From assembly GCA_043817235.1 (NCBI GenBank), contig JBDRHA010000011.1:191769-255768 (forward strand): a stretch of 64,000 bases of DNA, given 5' to 3'. Within the stretch, counting starts at the first letter, position 1. Each line of letters begins with the position of its first letter. The translations under genes and the position numbers were made by a program. The stretch comes from Candidatus Shapirobacteria bacterium (GTDB taxonomy: Bacteria; Patescibacteriota; Microgenomatia; UBA12405; BS750m-G30). Positions 37,887 through 47,646 of the stretch are shown piece after piece. Under the pieces are notes generated by a model. It was not told the origin of the DNA and did not search any database. It saw only the letters and a program-made list of their open reading frames with translations.

Positions 37887-40121
37887 TTATTCCCCAACTC
37901 CTGGCGCAAGGAAAGGCTCGCGGTTGCCAGAAACGTAAATATTGGTCGTCGGCCAGGGCTGATCTTGGTTTTCAATATTGGCCGGGCAATCAAAGCAAAA
38001 AATCGTGCCCAAAGGATCACGCACAGCCGAATGGTCCTGCCATTCTAAATTCTCCTTTTCCTCTCCGGGCTGAACCGGCTGGCTGGTATCTTTATCTACG
38101 AGCACCGGCTGGCGCAATGCAACGCTGTGGCCCGGCTCTGTGCCTTTAATAAAATATTCATAGCGAGCTGAACAACCTTCTTCGGGAAGTAGAAATCCCG
38201 TTTGGTTGCAAACTGTTTTGCCCACCACTGTATCTGGGCGAGCCGGCAATCTGGGAGCTTGGTTTTTTAGAACCTCGCTGATAACCGTATTCCAAATAGG
38301 AGAAGCACCAGTAACGCCCGAGGCCACAGCACTCATAGCGGAATTATCGTTGTTCCCTACCCAAACAGTTACGACATAGTCCGGAGTATAGCCTACCGTC
38401 CAATTATCCCGCTTATCATTAGTGGTCCCCGTTTTCACCGCTACTTCCGGATGATCTTCCACTGCTAAAAGAGAGCGAGAACCGAAAGCAGCAGAACGCG
38501 CCCCATTGTCGCTTAAAATATCAGAAATCAAATAAGCTACCTCCGGAGGTAAAACTCTTTTCCCCTGAACAAACTTCTTTTCTTCCAATATCTGACCAGC
38601 CCTGTCCTTAATTTCTAAAATAGAAACCAGATCCTGGCGAATACCGAGGTTAGCCAAAGTACCGAAAGCCGTGGCCATTTCCGTCATTTTCACCTCTCCA
38701 CCGCCTAAAGTAAGCGATAATCCATAATTATCCGGGGCAGAGAAACTTTCAATGCCCATAGCCGAAGCGGTAGCAATGAAACTTTCCAAGCCATTGATAG
38801 CCAGCATCTTTACCGCCGGCACATTAAAAGAATTGCCTAAAGCATAGCGTAATTGAACTACCCCGTGGAAAAGACCATCATAGTTGCGCGGGCAATAAGG
38901 TTTTTGGCCGGGAACTAAAAAACAGGTAGGAACGTCATTAAAAATAGTGGCTGGCGTTACTCTTCCGGTAACCAAACCAGTTGCGTAATTAATGGGCTTA
39001 ATGGCCGATCCCGGCTGGCGCAAAGCGGTAGTCACATTAAATTTTCCATCAATATCCGAAGCAAAATAATCCTTGCTTCCCACCATAGCCAAAACCTCGC
39101 CGCTTTTAGGCTCAGTTACCAAAGCTGCTCCGTTGGAAACATTTTGCCTGCTGAGTTTGGCGACCTCCGAAGCCACTGTTGCTTGGCTAAAATCCTGAAG
39201 ATCCAGATCTAAAGTCGTTCTTACCCGCAAACCTCCCTGGTCCACTACGGCTTGGCCATACTTTTCTACTAATTGCTCTTTAACATAAAAAACAAAATGA
39301 GGCGCCTCAATTTTTATTGCCGGTGAGGCGAAATTTAAATCTTCATCCTTGGCTTCTTGAGCCTCTTCTTTGTTGATATAGCCGCTTTCCGCCATTTGGT
39401 CTAAAACCAGGTGCTGGCGACTTTTGGCCACATCCGGATGAATAAAAGGAGAATAGCGCGTCGGCGAAGCAGGCAACCCGGCTAGCATCGCGGCTTGGGC
39501 CAAGCTTAAATCGGCCACGCTCTTGTCAAAGTAAGTGTTAGCTGCTGCCTGAGCCCCCCAGGATGTCCCCCCGTACGGGGTTTGATTGAAATACATTTCT
39601 AAAATCTGATCTTTGGTGTAAATTACTTCTGCCGCTAAGGTTAAAACTGCTTCCTTTATTTTCCTCTCCCAAGTGCGCTCGGGAGTTAGTAAAGCATTTT
39701 TCACCAACTGCTGGGTAATGGTTGAGCCGCCCTGAAGCTTTTTTCTGAAAATTATATTATAAACAGCTCGGGAAATACCCCTAAGGTCAAAGCCAAAATG
39801 CCGGTAAAAATTCCGATCTTCAATTGCCAAAGTTGCCCAAACTAGAGATTCGGGCACCTCATCAAGTTTAACCGGCACCCGATTTTTTTCGCTATAAATC
39901 TCATAAAGCAGTTTGCCATTGCGATCATAAATTAAAGTAGAGGCCGGGTAAGGAAAAGTGCTAAGTTTTTTGGGCGAAGGCAAAGAAACAATACTAAAGC
40001 CAATAACAACCAGCACGAAAACAAGAAATCCAAAAAATACTATCTTTTTAATTTTTCTGGGAATTTTTTTTCCCCACTTTTTAAAAAAGAAAGACTGCTT
40101 TTTCTTTTCTCGCGGACTCAT
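37887..40121 (-). CDS. penicillin-binding protein 1A, second paralog
   Basis: GT51 motifs EDRNFYRHFG and GGSTITQQLVKN; transpeptidase domain; ~45% identity by eye to 33713-35857 in conserved blocks. Confidence 0.85.
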   Translation of the reverse strand: MSPREKKKQSFFFKKWGKKIPRKIKKIVFFGFLVFVLVVIGFSIVSLPSPKKLSTFPYPASTLIYDRNGKLLYEIYSEKNRVPVKLDEVPESLVWATLAIEDRNFYRHFGFDLRGISRAVYNIIFRKKLQGGSTITQQLVKNALLTPERTWERKIKEAVLTLAAEVIYTKDQILEMYFNQTPYGGTSWGAQAAANTYFDKSVADLSLAQAAMLAGLPASPTRYSPFIHPDVAKSRQHLVLDQMAESGYINKEEAQEAKDEDLNFASPAIKIEAPHFVFYVKEQLVEKYGQAVVDQGGLRVRTTLDLDLQDFSQATVASEVAKLSRQNVSNGAALVTEPKSGEVLAMVGSKDYFASDIDGKFNVTTALRQPGSAIKPINYATGLVTGRVTPATIFNDVPTCFLVPGQKPYCPRNYDGLFHGVVQLRYALGNSFNVPAVKMLAINGLESFIATASAMGIESFSAPDNYGLSLTLGGGEVKMTEMATAFGTLANLGIRQDLVSILEIKDRAGQILEEKKFVQGKRVLPPEVAYLISDILSDNGARSAAFGSRSLLAVEDHPEVAVKTGTTNDKRDNWTVGYTPDYVVTVWVGNNDNSAMSAVASGVTGASPIWNTVISEVLKNQAPRLPARPDTVVGKTVCNQTGFLLPEEGCSARYEYFIKGTEPGHSVALRQPVLVDKDTSQPVQPGEEKENLEWQDHSAVRDPLGTIFCFDCPANIENQDQPWPTTNIYVSGNREPFLAPGVGE

Positions 40122-40135
40122 CCTGGTATTATACC

Positions 40136-41977
40136 TTAAGACTGATTTGAAGAAGCGGCCTCTTGTTCCTTTTTTCTTTCTAAAAGCTCTCGGGGGTCGG
40201 AAGTAATCAGTTTATGCTCCTGGGGCGAAGCAATTACTTTAATAGCCACATGATTTTGGCCGGCAAAGAAAATTCCCTCCCCTATATTTGCCGCCAGTAA
40301 ATACTGCCTTTCTCCCTGAGAAAGGTAAAAAAGATCTCCTACTTGGTCAATAGCTGCCGCATGTTGTTTTAGTAAAATTTGAATAGATGAATTCTTAACA
40401 ATTGCCCCGCCATATTTGGAATTAATAAAGTCGTCCACGTCTTGAGTAATCGTGGTTAAGCCTAAATAATACTTTCGCGCCCTTTTGGCAATACCGTAAA
40501 GAAAAAGAGCTGAGTCCGGATAGCGCATCAAATACCAAGCCTCATCAATTACTAAAACTCTTTTTTTCATCTCTCGCCGGATTTTATTCCAAATAAAATC
40601 CAAAATGATATGCATGGCAATCGGCCGCAAGGCTTCTTCTAGGTCTCTAGTGCCAAAAACGACCAGTTTGTTTTGAATGCTAATATTTGTTTGGGTATTA
40701 AAAAGGCCGGCAAAAGCACCCTTAATAAATTTTTCTAGTCTTGCGGCCAAGGAAGCGGCCAAGTCTTCCTCCATGCCAATAAGTACTTTATAAAGATCTT
40801 CAATTAAGGGCATCTCTTTGTCTTTCTGAGTATCCGGATCCAAAGTTATCCCTTGGTTTTTATATGTAGCTACTAAAGCGCGATCCAAAATTGCTTCTTC
40901 TTGAGGAGACATTTTGCCCATGATAATCCTAAAGAGAGCGTATAAAGAAAGAATTTTCCGTGTCAGCTCATTTTCTCCTTCTTGGGTTTGCACTAGCTCC
41001 AAATCAAAAGGATTAATTTTGGCCTGAGAACTAAAGCCAAAGGTAATATATTGGCCGCCGAGCGCCTGACATAGGGTCTCATACTCATTTTCCGGGTCAA
41101 TAACCATCACCTCTGTATCAAACATCAAAGAGCGCAAAGTTTCTAGTTTAACCAAATAGCTTTTGCCAGCACCGGATTTAGCAAAAATTATACTATTAAA
41201 ATTCTCCATAGAAAAACGGTCAAAAACCACCAAAGAACCATTATGCTGATTTAAACCGAAAAGCACTCCTTTATCATCTGAAAGCTCGGAAGAAACAAAG
41301 GGGAAAGTAGTAGACAAAGTTGAGGTAGGCATATTGCGAGTGACATTGAGCTCGTCTTTACACAAAGGCAAAATAGTTTTAAAGCCCTCCTCCATTTCCA
41401 AAATTGCGGCTTTAGGGATAATCATTAAAGCTCCCAGGGAAGCTTGAAGCTCTTTGCTCATTCGCTCCAGCTGGGCCAAAGAATCAGCCGAAACAGTGAT
41501 ATAGAGCCCAAATTGGAAAAACTTTTCTACCCCCTTGGCCAGCTTTTCCTGAATAGCTAAAGCGTCTTCTAATTTTGCCTGAGTAGTCGGGTCAACTACT
41601 TTTCCCCGTTGAATGTCGGTGGAAATTTCCGCCTCCATCCGGGCAATGGTTTTGCGCATCTCGTCTAGGACTCCCCGGCCCTCTACCGGATAAATATACA
41701 TCGCAATATCCAGCTCCTGGTCAAAATTAACCAAGGGCGAGAGCCAATTAGGCGAAACATAACGAGGGTAATTAACTACATAAAAAGTGCGATAATATCG
41801 GCTATTAATCCGCAAAGTAGTCCAATCTACTTCAACAGCCGAAGGAGCAATAACATCTTTAATGCTCACCAGTCCCGGGGACATCGGTGTAGCTTCCGCT
41901 TGCTTTTCGGGTGCTTCCTTTTGCTGGCTGATTTTTTTTATTTGCTCGCTAGCCTTTTTCCAAAAATCAAGCTTCAT
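40136..41977 (-). CDS. VirB4/TraC-family type IV secretion ATPase (AAA-like, DUF87)
   Basis: Walker A FAKSGAGKS, Walker B VLVIDEAW; N-terminal region YYRTFYVVNYPRYV resembles the CagE/TrbE/VirB4 N-domain; 613 aa. Confidence 0.7.
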   Translation of the reverse strand: MKLDFWKKASEQIKKISQQKEAPEKQAEATPMSPGLVSIKDVIAPSAVEVDWTTLRINSRYYRTFYVVNYPRYVSPNWLSPLVNFDQELDIAMYIYPVEGRGVLDEMRKTIARMEAEISTDIQRGKVVDPTTQAKLEDALAIQEKLAKGVEKFFQFGLYITVSADSLAQLERMSKELQASLGALMIIPKAAILEMEEGFKTILPLCKDELNVTRNMPTSTLSTTFPFVSSELSDDKGVLFGLNQHNGSLVVFDRFSMENFNSIIFAKSGAGKSYLVKLETLRSLMFDTEVMVIDPENEYETLCQALGGQYITFGFSSQAKINPFDLELVQTQEGENELTRKILSLYALFRIIMGKMSPQEEAILDRALVATYKNQGITLDPDTQKDKEMPLIEDLYKVLIGMEEDLAASLAARLEKFIKGAFAGLFNTQTNISIQNKLVVFGTRDLEEALRPIAMHIILDFIWNKIRREMKKRVLVIDEAWYLMRYPDSALFLYGIAKRARKYYLGLTTITQDVDDFINSKYGGAIVKNSSIQILLKQHAAAIDQVGDLFYLSQGERQYLLAANIGEGIFFAGQNHVAIKVIASPQEHKLITSDPRELLERKKEQEAASSNQS

Positions 41978-42716
41978 TTTCCTCCTTTTCCTCTCCTTCT
42001 TTTTTCTTTTTATCTCTCATTAAAACTAGAGGAACTTCGCCTTCCTTTAAGGGGAGCTCCGAGGTATTAATTTTTTCCTGATTATAAATACTGTAGAAAA
42101 AACCTACTAACTGAGCAGTAGTCAACTGTCGAGCGCGCAGCCCCAAGCTTCCTAAAGCCCGAACAACATGCTCTTTTTTGGGCTCCAAATTTGCTTTGGC
42201 TCGTTCAATAATCGCTCTTTTTTCCAAAGGCAAAGCCTGCACTTCTTCCTTGGGCTTAAAAAAAGAAAAAAGAGGAATACTGTTTTTGGCCGCGGCCAGC
42301 CCCAGCTCCAGACTGGAAAAAGGAACAGCAACATAAAAAGACTTGGTCAAAACATTATTTTTCTCTACCATCTGAGAAACAAACTGGCGGTAATGGGCAA
42401 TTTGTTTTCTCGCTAAAGAATCGGTCTTTTTTTGCTCCCAAGAAAGGAGATAATCAAGGTAAGAACTAACATCTTTAAGTGCCGAGTGAATGAAAATTTG
42501 CAAAGGAAAAGACAAGGAATTGAGCAAGGAAGCATAAGCATAAATCATTGCCTCCTGCTCTCGCTCAGAAAGGAGGTCAAAATTAACAGAGGACACTTCA
42601 AAAACATAAGCACAAGAGCCATCTTTAAGAATGACCATATTTTGAGCAATATCCTCAATCGGCAAATATTCTTGGGTAGTTCCTTTAAGAGCTTTTTTCT
42701 TTAAATCCATGGGCAA
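41967..42716 (-). CDS. T4SS-associated protein resembling a VirB4 N-terminal domain (possible split VirB4 or accessory subunit)
   Basis: segment MVILKDGSCAYVFEVSSVNFDLLSEREQEAMIYAYASLLNSL matches the CagE/TrbE/VirB4 N-domain pattern; overlaps the ATPase start by 11 nt. Confidence 0.4.
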   Translation of the reverse strand: MPMDLKKKALKGTTQEYLPIEDIAQNMVILKDGSCAYVFEVSSVNFDLLSEREQEAMIYAYASLLNSLSFPLQIFIHSALKDVSSYLDYLLSWEQKKTDSLARKQIAHYRQFVSQMVEKNNVLTKSFYVAVPFSSLELGLAAAKNSIPLFSFFKPKEEVQALPLEKRAIIERAKANLEPKKEHVVRALGSLGLRARQLTTAQLVGFFYSIYNQEKINTSELPLKEGEVPLVLMRDKKKKEGEEKEENEA

Positions 42717-42725
42717 GTTTTATTT

Positions 42726-43580
42726 TTATGCCAACGCCGTCTTTTTCGCTTGAATCTGTAATGGGGGAATAATTTTCCCTTTGGTCTCAATTTTAATTAT
42801 AGCAAAAGAAAAAGGCTCTTTTTCCACCAAAACTAAATATTGACCATTTGGCAAGGGGGTAGCTGTTTGAAACTGTCCTAAAGAATTAGAGCGCATTGCT
42901 CTAATTGGATTGCCCTCTAAGTCTTGAATCTCCACAATTGCTCCCTCCAAAGTCCTGCCTTCCAGATCCATTATCAAACCATTAATTATATTGGGAACCG
43001 TGGGAGTAGCCGGAAGAGATATTTTTAAATACTCCGGAGAGCTGGACTCCAGTTTTTGCTTTGGTGTATTTTTCCTAATCATTTGAATGATTTCGTCCGA
43101 AGAAGGGCTCCCCTCTTTTTCTGAAGGTGGCAAAATTGTTTCTTGTTTTTCTTTTTCCTGAACGACTGGGGCGGGCGGAATAACCCTTTTTTCCGGTACT
43201 TTTGGCGTCTTAGCCGGATTTTCTACCGGAGTAGAAAGAACCTGGCTAAAAACCGGCACAGGGGTCGGCTTGTAAAAAGAATATTTGGGGAAAAAGGGCT
43301 TTTTCCAAATAAATACAGTGGGAGAATAAGCCGCCCGAAAAAAAGAAACCAGCCAGTATTCCAAGGGCCTGTCGTTAAAAGGCAGAAAGGCTGTCCCTAT
43401 CCCCAACAAAAGAATAGCCAAGCTCAAAGGAAAACGCAAAACAGAAGTCAGGCCAGAATGAAAAAGCAAATAGGCAAAGACAACCCCCGCTGCTAGTTTT
43501 AAAAATTGGTTTAAAGTCATGCTTCCTACTAAACGAAATTCGTAAGAGGATATTTCTTGTGGTATTGGGTACTGGTTCAT
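42726..43580 (-). CDS. VirB3-like membrane protein with Pro/Thr-rich linker and C-terminal carboxypeptidase-regulatory-like beta-sandwich domain
   Basis: two N-terminal TM helices immediately upstream of VirB4 (position typical of VirB3/PrgI); C-terminal LEGAIVEIQDLEGNPI...GQYLVLVEK resembles a CarbopepD_reg fold. Confidence 0.45.
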   Translation of the reverse strand: MNQYPIPQEISSYEFRLVGSMTLNQFLKLAAGVVFAYLLFHSGLTSVLRFPLSLAILLLGIGTAFLPFNDRPLEYWLVSFFRAAYSPTVFIWKKPFFPKYSFYKPTPVPVFSQVLSTPVENPAKTPKVPEKRVIPPAPVVQEKEKQETILPPSEKEGSPSSDEIIQMIRKNTPKQKLESSSPEYLKISLPATPTVPNIINGLIMDLEGRTLEGAIVEIQDLEGNPIRAMRSNSLGQFQTATPLPNGQYLVLVEKEPFSFAIIKIETKGKIIPPLQIQAKKTALA

Positions 43581-43645
43581 CTTTAAACTAATACTACAGC
43601 AAGCTCAAAGCTGATTCAATAATAATCTAGTGTTAAAATACAAGT

Positions 43646-44546
43646 ATGAGTAATTCCTTGCTGATTATTGATGCTCATGCGGTTCTGCATCGGGCCTTTC
43701 ATGCCCTGCCTCCTCTAACAAATAAACAAAGAGAGCCTGTGGGGGCAGTTTTTGGTTTTTTTTCGGTTTTACTTTCCACCTTAAAAAAAATTAAGCCCCG
43801 AAAGCTGGCTATTTGCTTTGACTCTCCCGGGCCAACTTTCCGCCACAAGCTTTTTATCGGCTACCAATCTAAAAGACCGATCACCGAAGACCGCCTGGTC
43901 AGCCAAATCAAAAAAACAAGAAAGTTAGTGGCTGAATCTGGTCTGGCCTATTTTATCAAAAGCGGCTTTGAAGCAGACGACCTTGTCGCTTCTTTGGCTA
44001 AAAAAAACCAAGCCTCAAAAATTTATATCCTAACTGGCGACAAAGATCTAATGCAATTAGTAGATAAAAAAGTTAACTTGCTGCTTATGGGCCGGCAGAT
44101 GAATAAACTTACGAAAGTTAATTCCCAGGAGGTAAAAAAAAATATTAGGAATCAAGCCTTCGCAGGTAGTTGATTTTAAAGCCTTAAGCGGTGATCCTTC
44201 AGATAACTATCCGGGAGTTTATGGAGTTGGCCCAAAAACTGCTTCCAGCTTGTTGGAAAAATTTCAAAATTTTGACAATGTTTATCAAAACCTAAACAAA
44301 CTACCGGATGCTCTTAAAATGAAACTAAAAAAAGGCAAAGAAGCGGGCGAGCTTTCTTATAGGTTAGCTAAAATTGATAATCAAACGCCAATCAAACTAA
44401 AAGGCAAGCAATTAGCTTGGAAAAATGCTAAAATAAAAGAGTTAAAAGAGGTTTTGGCAAAGGAAAGCTTTCCCTCTTTAGTCAAAAGAATAGAAAAAGA
44501 CTTTGGCTTAATAAAGAAAGAAAACTGCCAGCAGAAACTACTGTGA
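43646..44546 (+). pseudogene. 5'-3' exonuclease (Pol I N-terminal/FEN-like), +1 frameshift next to an A9 tract near 44128-44142
   Basis: frame A encodes LLIIDAHAVLHRAFHAL...DDLVASLAKK...ILTGDKDLMQLV; after GTAAAAAAAAATATTAGG the H3TH continuation IKPSQVVDFKALSGDPSDNYPGVYGVGPKTA... is in another frame; removing one A restores a ~300-aa protein. Confidence 0.7.
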
Positions 44547-45451
44547 AACAAAAATCAATTAGGGATGCTTTTGGCCAAGAACTGCTCAAGGTTGCCGCTA
44601 AATATTCTAATATCGTGGTTGTCAGCGCTAATCTTGCCGCGTCGCTTCGCGTCAAAGAATTTGCCAGACTCTATCCGGAGCGTTTTTTTGAGGTTGGGGT
44701 AGCCGAACAAAATGCCACTTCGGTAGCCGCCGGGTTGTCTTTGGGCGGAAAAATTCCCTTTTTAGTATCTTTTGCCTGTTTTTCGCCCTATTTAACCTTC
44801 GGCCAGATCAGGCAAAGTATCTGCTTAAACAAGACTAACGTTAAAATTATTGGCTCGCACGCCGGTTTATCTACCGGGCCGGATGGAGCCGTTCATCAAG
44901 CCCTGGAAGATATTGCTTTAATGAGAGCGCTTCCTAAAATGAAAGTTTTTAGTCCTTTAGACTTTAATGAAACCAAAAAAATAGTCCGAAGCTTAGCCAA
45001 AATTGATGGCCCTTGCTACTTGCGCCTAAGCCGGCCACCAACATCCGTTTATCCCTCTCATCCTTTTAAAACAGGCGAAGCACAAATATTAAAAAGAGGG
45101 TCAAAGATGAGCTTGGTCGGCCATGGGCCGCTATTGGCCGAAACCATTAATTACTTCAAAAGAGAGCTGGCTGGCGTGGAAATTATTAATTGCCCCACCC
45201 TAAAACCCTTAGATAAAAACAGAATCGCCCATTCGGCCGGAAAAACTAAAAAGATAATTACTTTGGAAGATCACCAAATTATTGGCGGCCTGGGAAGCGC
45301 GGTAGCGGAAATAATCGCCGAAAATAAAATCAATGCTCGGCTAATTCGTATTGGCATGCCGGATAAATTCGGCCAGTCCGCCCGCGACTATAAAGAACTT
45401 TGGGAAAAATATTACTGGCAACCACTAAAACAGGCCCTGGACCAAGACTAA
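44543..45451 (+). CDS. transketolase C-terminal subunit (pyrimidine-binding and C-terminal domains of a split transketolase)
   Basis: GVAEQNATSVAAGLSLGG and GSHAGLSTGPDGAVHQALEDIALMRALP motifs; N-terminal TPP-binding subunit not adjacent. Confidence 0.7.
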   Translation: MKQKSIRDAFGQELLKVAAKYSNIVVVSANLAASLRVKEFARLYPERFFEVGVAEQNATSVAAGLSLGGKIPFLVSFACFSPYLTFGQIRQSICLNKTNVKIIGSHAGLSTGPDGAVHQALEDIALMRALPKMKVFSPLDFNETKKIVRSLAKIDGPCYLRLSRPPTSVYPSHPFKTGEAQILKRGSKMSLVGHGPLLAETINYFKRELAGVEIINCPTLKPLDKNRIAHSAGKTKKIITLEDHQIIGGLGSAVAEIIAENKINARLIRIGMPDKFGQSARDYKELWEKYYWQPLKQALDQD

Positions 45452-45463
45452 AAAAAAGGAACA

Positions 45464-46699
45464 TCACTCCTCGCTGGCAATTTTGCCTAACTGGATATAG
45501 CCCCATGTTCTTCGCGGATGATCTTTATTGAATTTCTTTACCCAAGCTAAAAAATCATGACTGTCGCCATAAACCAATACCCTAAGATTGCCTTCAGCTT
45601 CCGAATCAGTGACTCGTCTGATTGCTTCAATTTCCCGTCGCTCAAATACATAATTTCTTTTATTTTTATTAAAAGCAGACACAGTCTCATTAAATTGCCT
45701 AATTAAATCTTTGTTTGCGGGATCGGAAGCTAAATTTCTTTTTGCGTCTAACATATCCTGAAGCAGTTTTACCGCTTGCTCGTTTAGTTCTGTTGACTCT
45801 GCAGGCTTGACATTAATTTTACCATCCATGTGTAGCCTAGTTGTTGCCAATAATGAAGAACGCACATCCTGAAAGCCGTACCGAGATAAATATTGACCAA
45901 TATTTTTTAAGGCTTCTCCTATATAATTCCTAACATGTATTATAGGCTCAACAATTTGTTCATTAGCTCCTGATATTTTATTCAAAGGAGGAATTTCTAA
46001 ATCTGGATTATTATTTATAAAATTTTCGGCCCGAGCAAGATAGTCTTCGAATGCATAGTAAACAGCCCCCCTCAAATAACTATATGGTTCCTCTGCCAGG
46101 CCTGTAATGTCTTTGGAGACTGCAGCTGAGGAAAACAGTTGCAGCTCAATTCTTTTTAAATATTCTAACCGATGATATATAGAAGCAATATCCAAATTTT
46201 CTGTTTCCAAGACCTGCTTAAGCTCCCTTAATAAATCTAAATCAGTAATCGAACTATCAGATACGCCTTCGGAAAAGACTGTTTTTATTCCTTTATTTCT
46301 GATAATTTCTGCAATTATATTTTCAATAATATTTTGGGAGCTCATGAATTCTGCATTGCCACTTTTATGCACATCTTGAATAAATGGATTATAATGTGTT
46401 TGGCCAATAACCAAGATATAATCACTGCCCCCATTCGGATTATGTTCAAAATTTTCTATATTAAAGCCGCTTTTTTGTAGTTCTTTTTCATCTAAGCCGG
46501 TAATCTCGCTAAATGATCTTGTGTTTACAGCTTCAGCTGTGGAGGCACCCACAGGTCTAGCCAGCTGAGGAATTAGAGCTAAAACAGCAAAATCTCTTGC
46601 TATATGAAGAAACTGCCTTCTAGATATTTTTGGCAATTCCCGAGAGGCTCCATTTGCAGTATTAGCTGAAGAAGTGCTTTCGTTACCAATCTCAGACAT
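45464..46699 (-). CDS. secreted hypothetical protein with twin-arginine (Tat) signal peptide
   Basis: ISRRQFLHIARDFAVLALIP matches the S/T-R-R-x-F-L Tat consensus followed by a hydrophobic h-region; 411 aa; no recognisable catalytic motif. Confidence 0.45.
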   Translation of the reverse strand: MSEIGNESTSSANTANGASRELPKISRRQFLHIARDFAVLALIPQLARPVGASTAEAVNTRSFSEITGLDEKELQKSGFNIENFEHNPNGGSDYILVIGQTHYNPFIQDVHKSGNAEFMSSQNIIENIIAEIIRNKGIKTVFSEGVSDSSITDLDLLRELKQVLETENLDIASIYHRLEYLKRIELQLFSSAAVSKDITGLAEEPYSYLRGAVYYAFEDYLARAENFINNNPDLEIPPLNKISGANEQIVEPIIHVRNYIGEALKNIGQYLSRYGFQDVRSSLLATTRLHMDGKINVKPAESTELNEQAVKLLQDMLDAKRNLASDPANKDLIRQFNETVSAFNKNKRNYVFERREIEAIRRVTDSEAEGNLRVLVYGDSHDFLAWVKKFNKDHPRRTWGYIQLGKIASEE

Positions 46700-46738
46700 A
46701 GCTTAATTATGAAGCAAGTTTTTAAAAATTGTCAAATA

Positions 46739-47161
46739 TCAGGCAGAAATAATTTTTTTTGGCTCCAGTCTTTTTATTTTCAGCTTATCAAAATCCTTGT
46801 CATAAGAAACAATTGTCCATTTTCCCGTTTGGATTTCTTTAATCGAAGCAAGTAGAGCATCAATGTATTTAACCTTCTTGCTCTCAAATAACTGCAAAGC
46901 CAATAAATGATCATACTTATCCATAATATTTAAACCCTTCAGGTTCAATATTCCCCTTACCGACAAAGCTACTTTTCTCGGAGCAAATTCATAGTATGAA
47001 GAAAGCGCCCAAGCAATTTCCGCTAAAACCAAACTGGCAGTTATGGCTTTAATCTTGCCCGCTTTTACCTTTTGCAAAAACCGCAGGCAATCATTAAACA
47101 CAGCTTCATTCTCTTTTATTAAAACTCTAAGAAATATATTAGTGTCAATAAAATATTTCAT
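46739..47161 (-). CDS. vapC: PIN-domain toxin VapC
   Basis: start taken at MKYFIDTNIFL (conserved Asp of PIN domain); ~140 aa; immediately downstream of an AbrB/SpoVT-type antitoxin gene. Confidence 0.7.
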   Translation of the reverse strand: MKYFIDTNIFLRVLIKENEAVFNDCLRFLQKVKAGKIKAITASLVLAEIAWALSSYYEFAPRKVALSVRGILNLKGLNIMDKYDHLLALQLFESKKVKYIDALLASIKEIQTGKWTIVSYDKDFDKLKIKRLEPKKIISA

Positions 47162-47162
47162 A

Positions 47163-47405
47163 TTAAAAGCGCTTATAAATTTTCTCCATCTTGGAGCGTG
47201 CTTCAAGAACCCCTTTTTTCTTGGAAGATTTAAGCGAGCCAGCTAAGTCTAAAATATCAATTTTCTTTTTAATTCTAATCAATTTTTTCTTTCTATCTAC
47301 CAGCTCCAATAGAAAACTGCCCGGTTCCTTAAGATCCAACAAATCCCTTATTTCCTTGGGTAAAGTCATTTGCCACTTTTTGGTAATCGTAGTACTTTGC
47401 AACAT
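47163..47405 (-). CDS. vapB: AbrB/MazE/SpoVT-family antitoxin VapB
   Basis: 80 aa; swapped-hairpin motif TKKWQMTLPKEIRDLLDL. Confidence 0.65.
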   Translation of the reverse strand: MLQSTTITKKWQMTLPKEIRDLLDLKEPGSFLLELVDRKKKLIRIKKKIDILDLAGSLKSSKKKGVLEARSKMEKIYKRF

Positions 47406-47602
47406 AGTAAGTCATTCTACTAGCGTATTACGGACTTGTCAAGTATTAACTCCCCCGATAAGTTTTTTTTGGTAGAATTTGGAATTAGAATGATTAATTC
47501 GAGTAAACTTTATGATTTATATTTGAAGCTATATAAAAAACACAGTAATCCAGAGAAGTATTGGCCTCAAGTGGTGCTCAAAGAGTAATCTATCTCTCTT
47601 TT

Positions 47603-47628
47603 GTTTTAATGTTTTAAAACATTAAAAC
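47603..47628. repeat. perfect 26-bp palindrome GTTTTAATGTTTTAAAACATTAAAAC
   Basis: self-complementary; 20 nt downstream of the aldehyde dehydrogenase stop and ~200 nt upstream of vapB. Confidence 0.6.
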
Positions 47629-47646
47629 AATACGATGGACGCGCCT

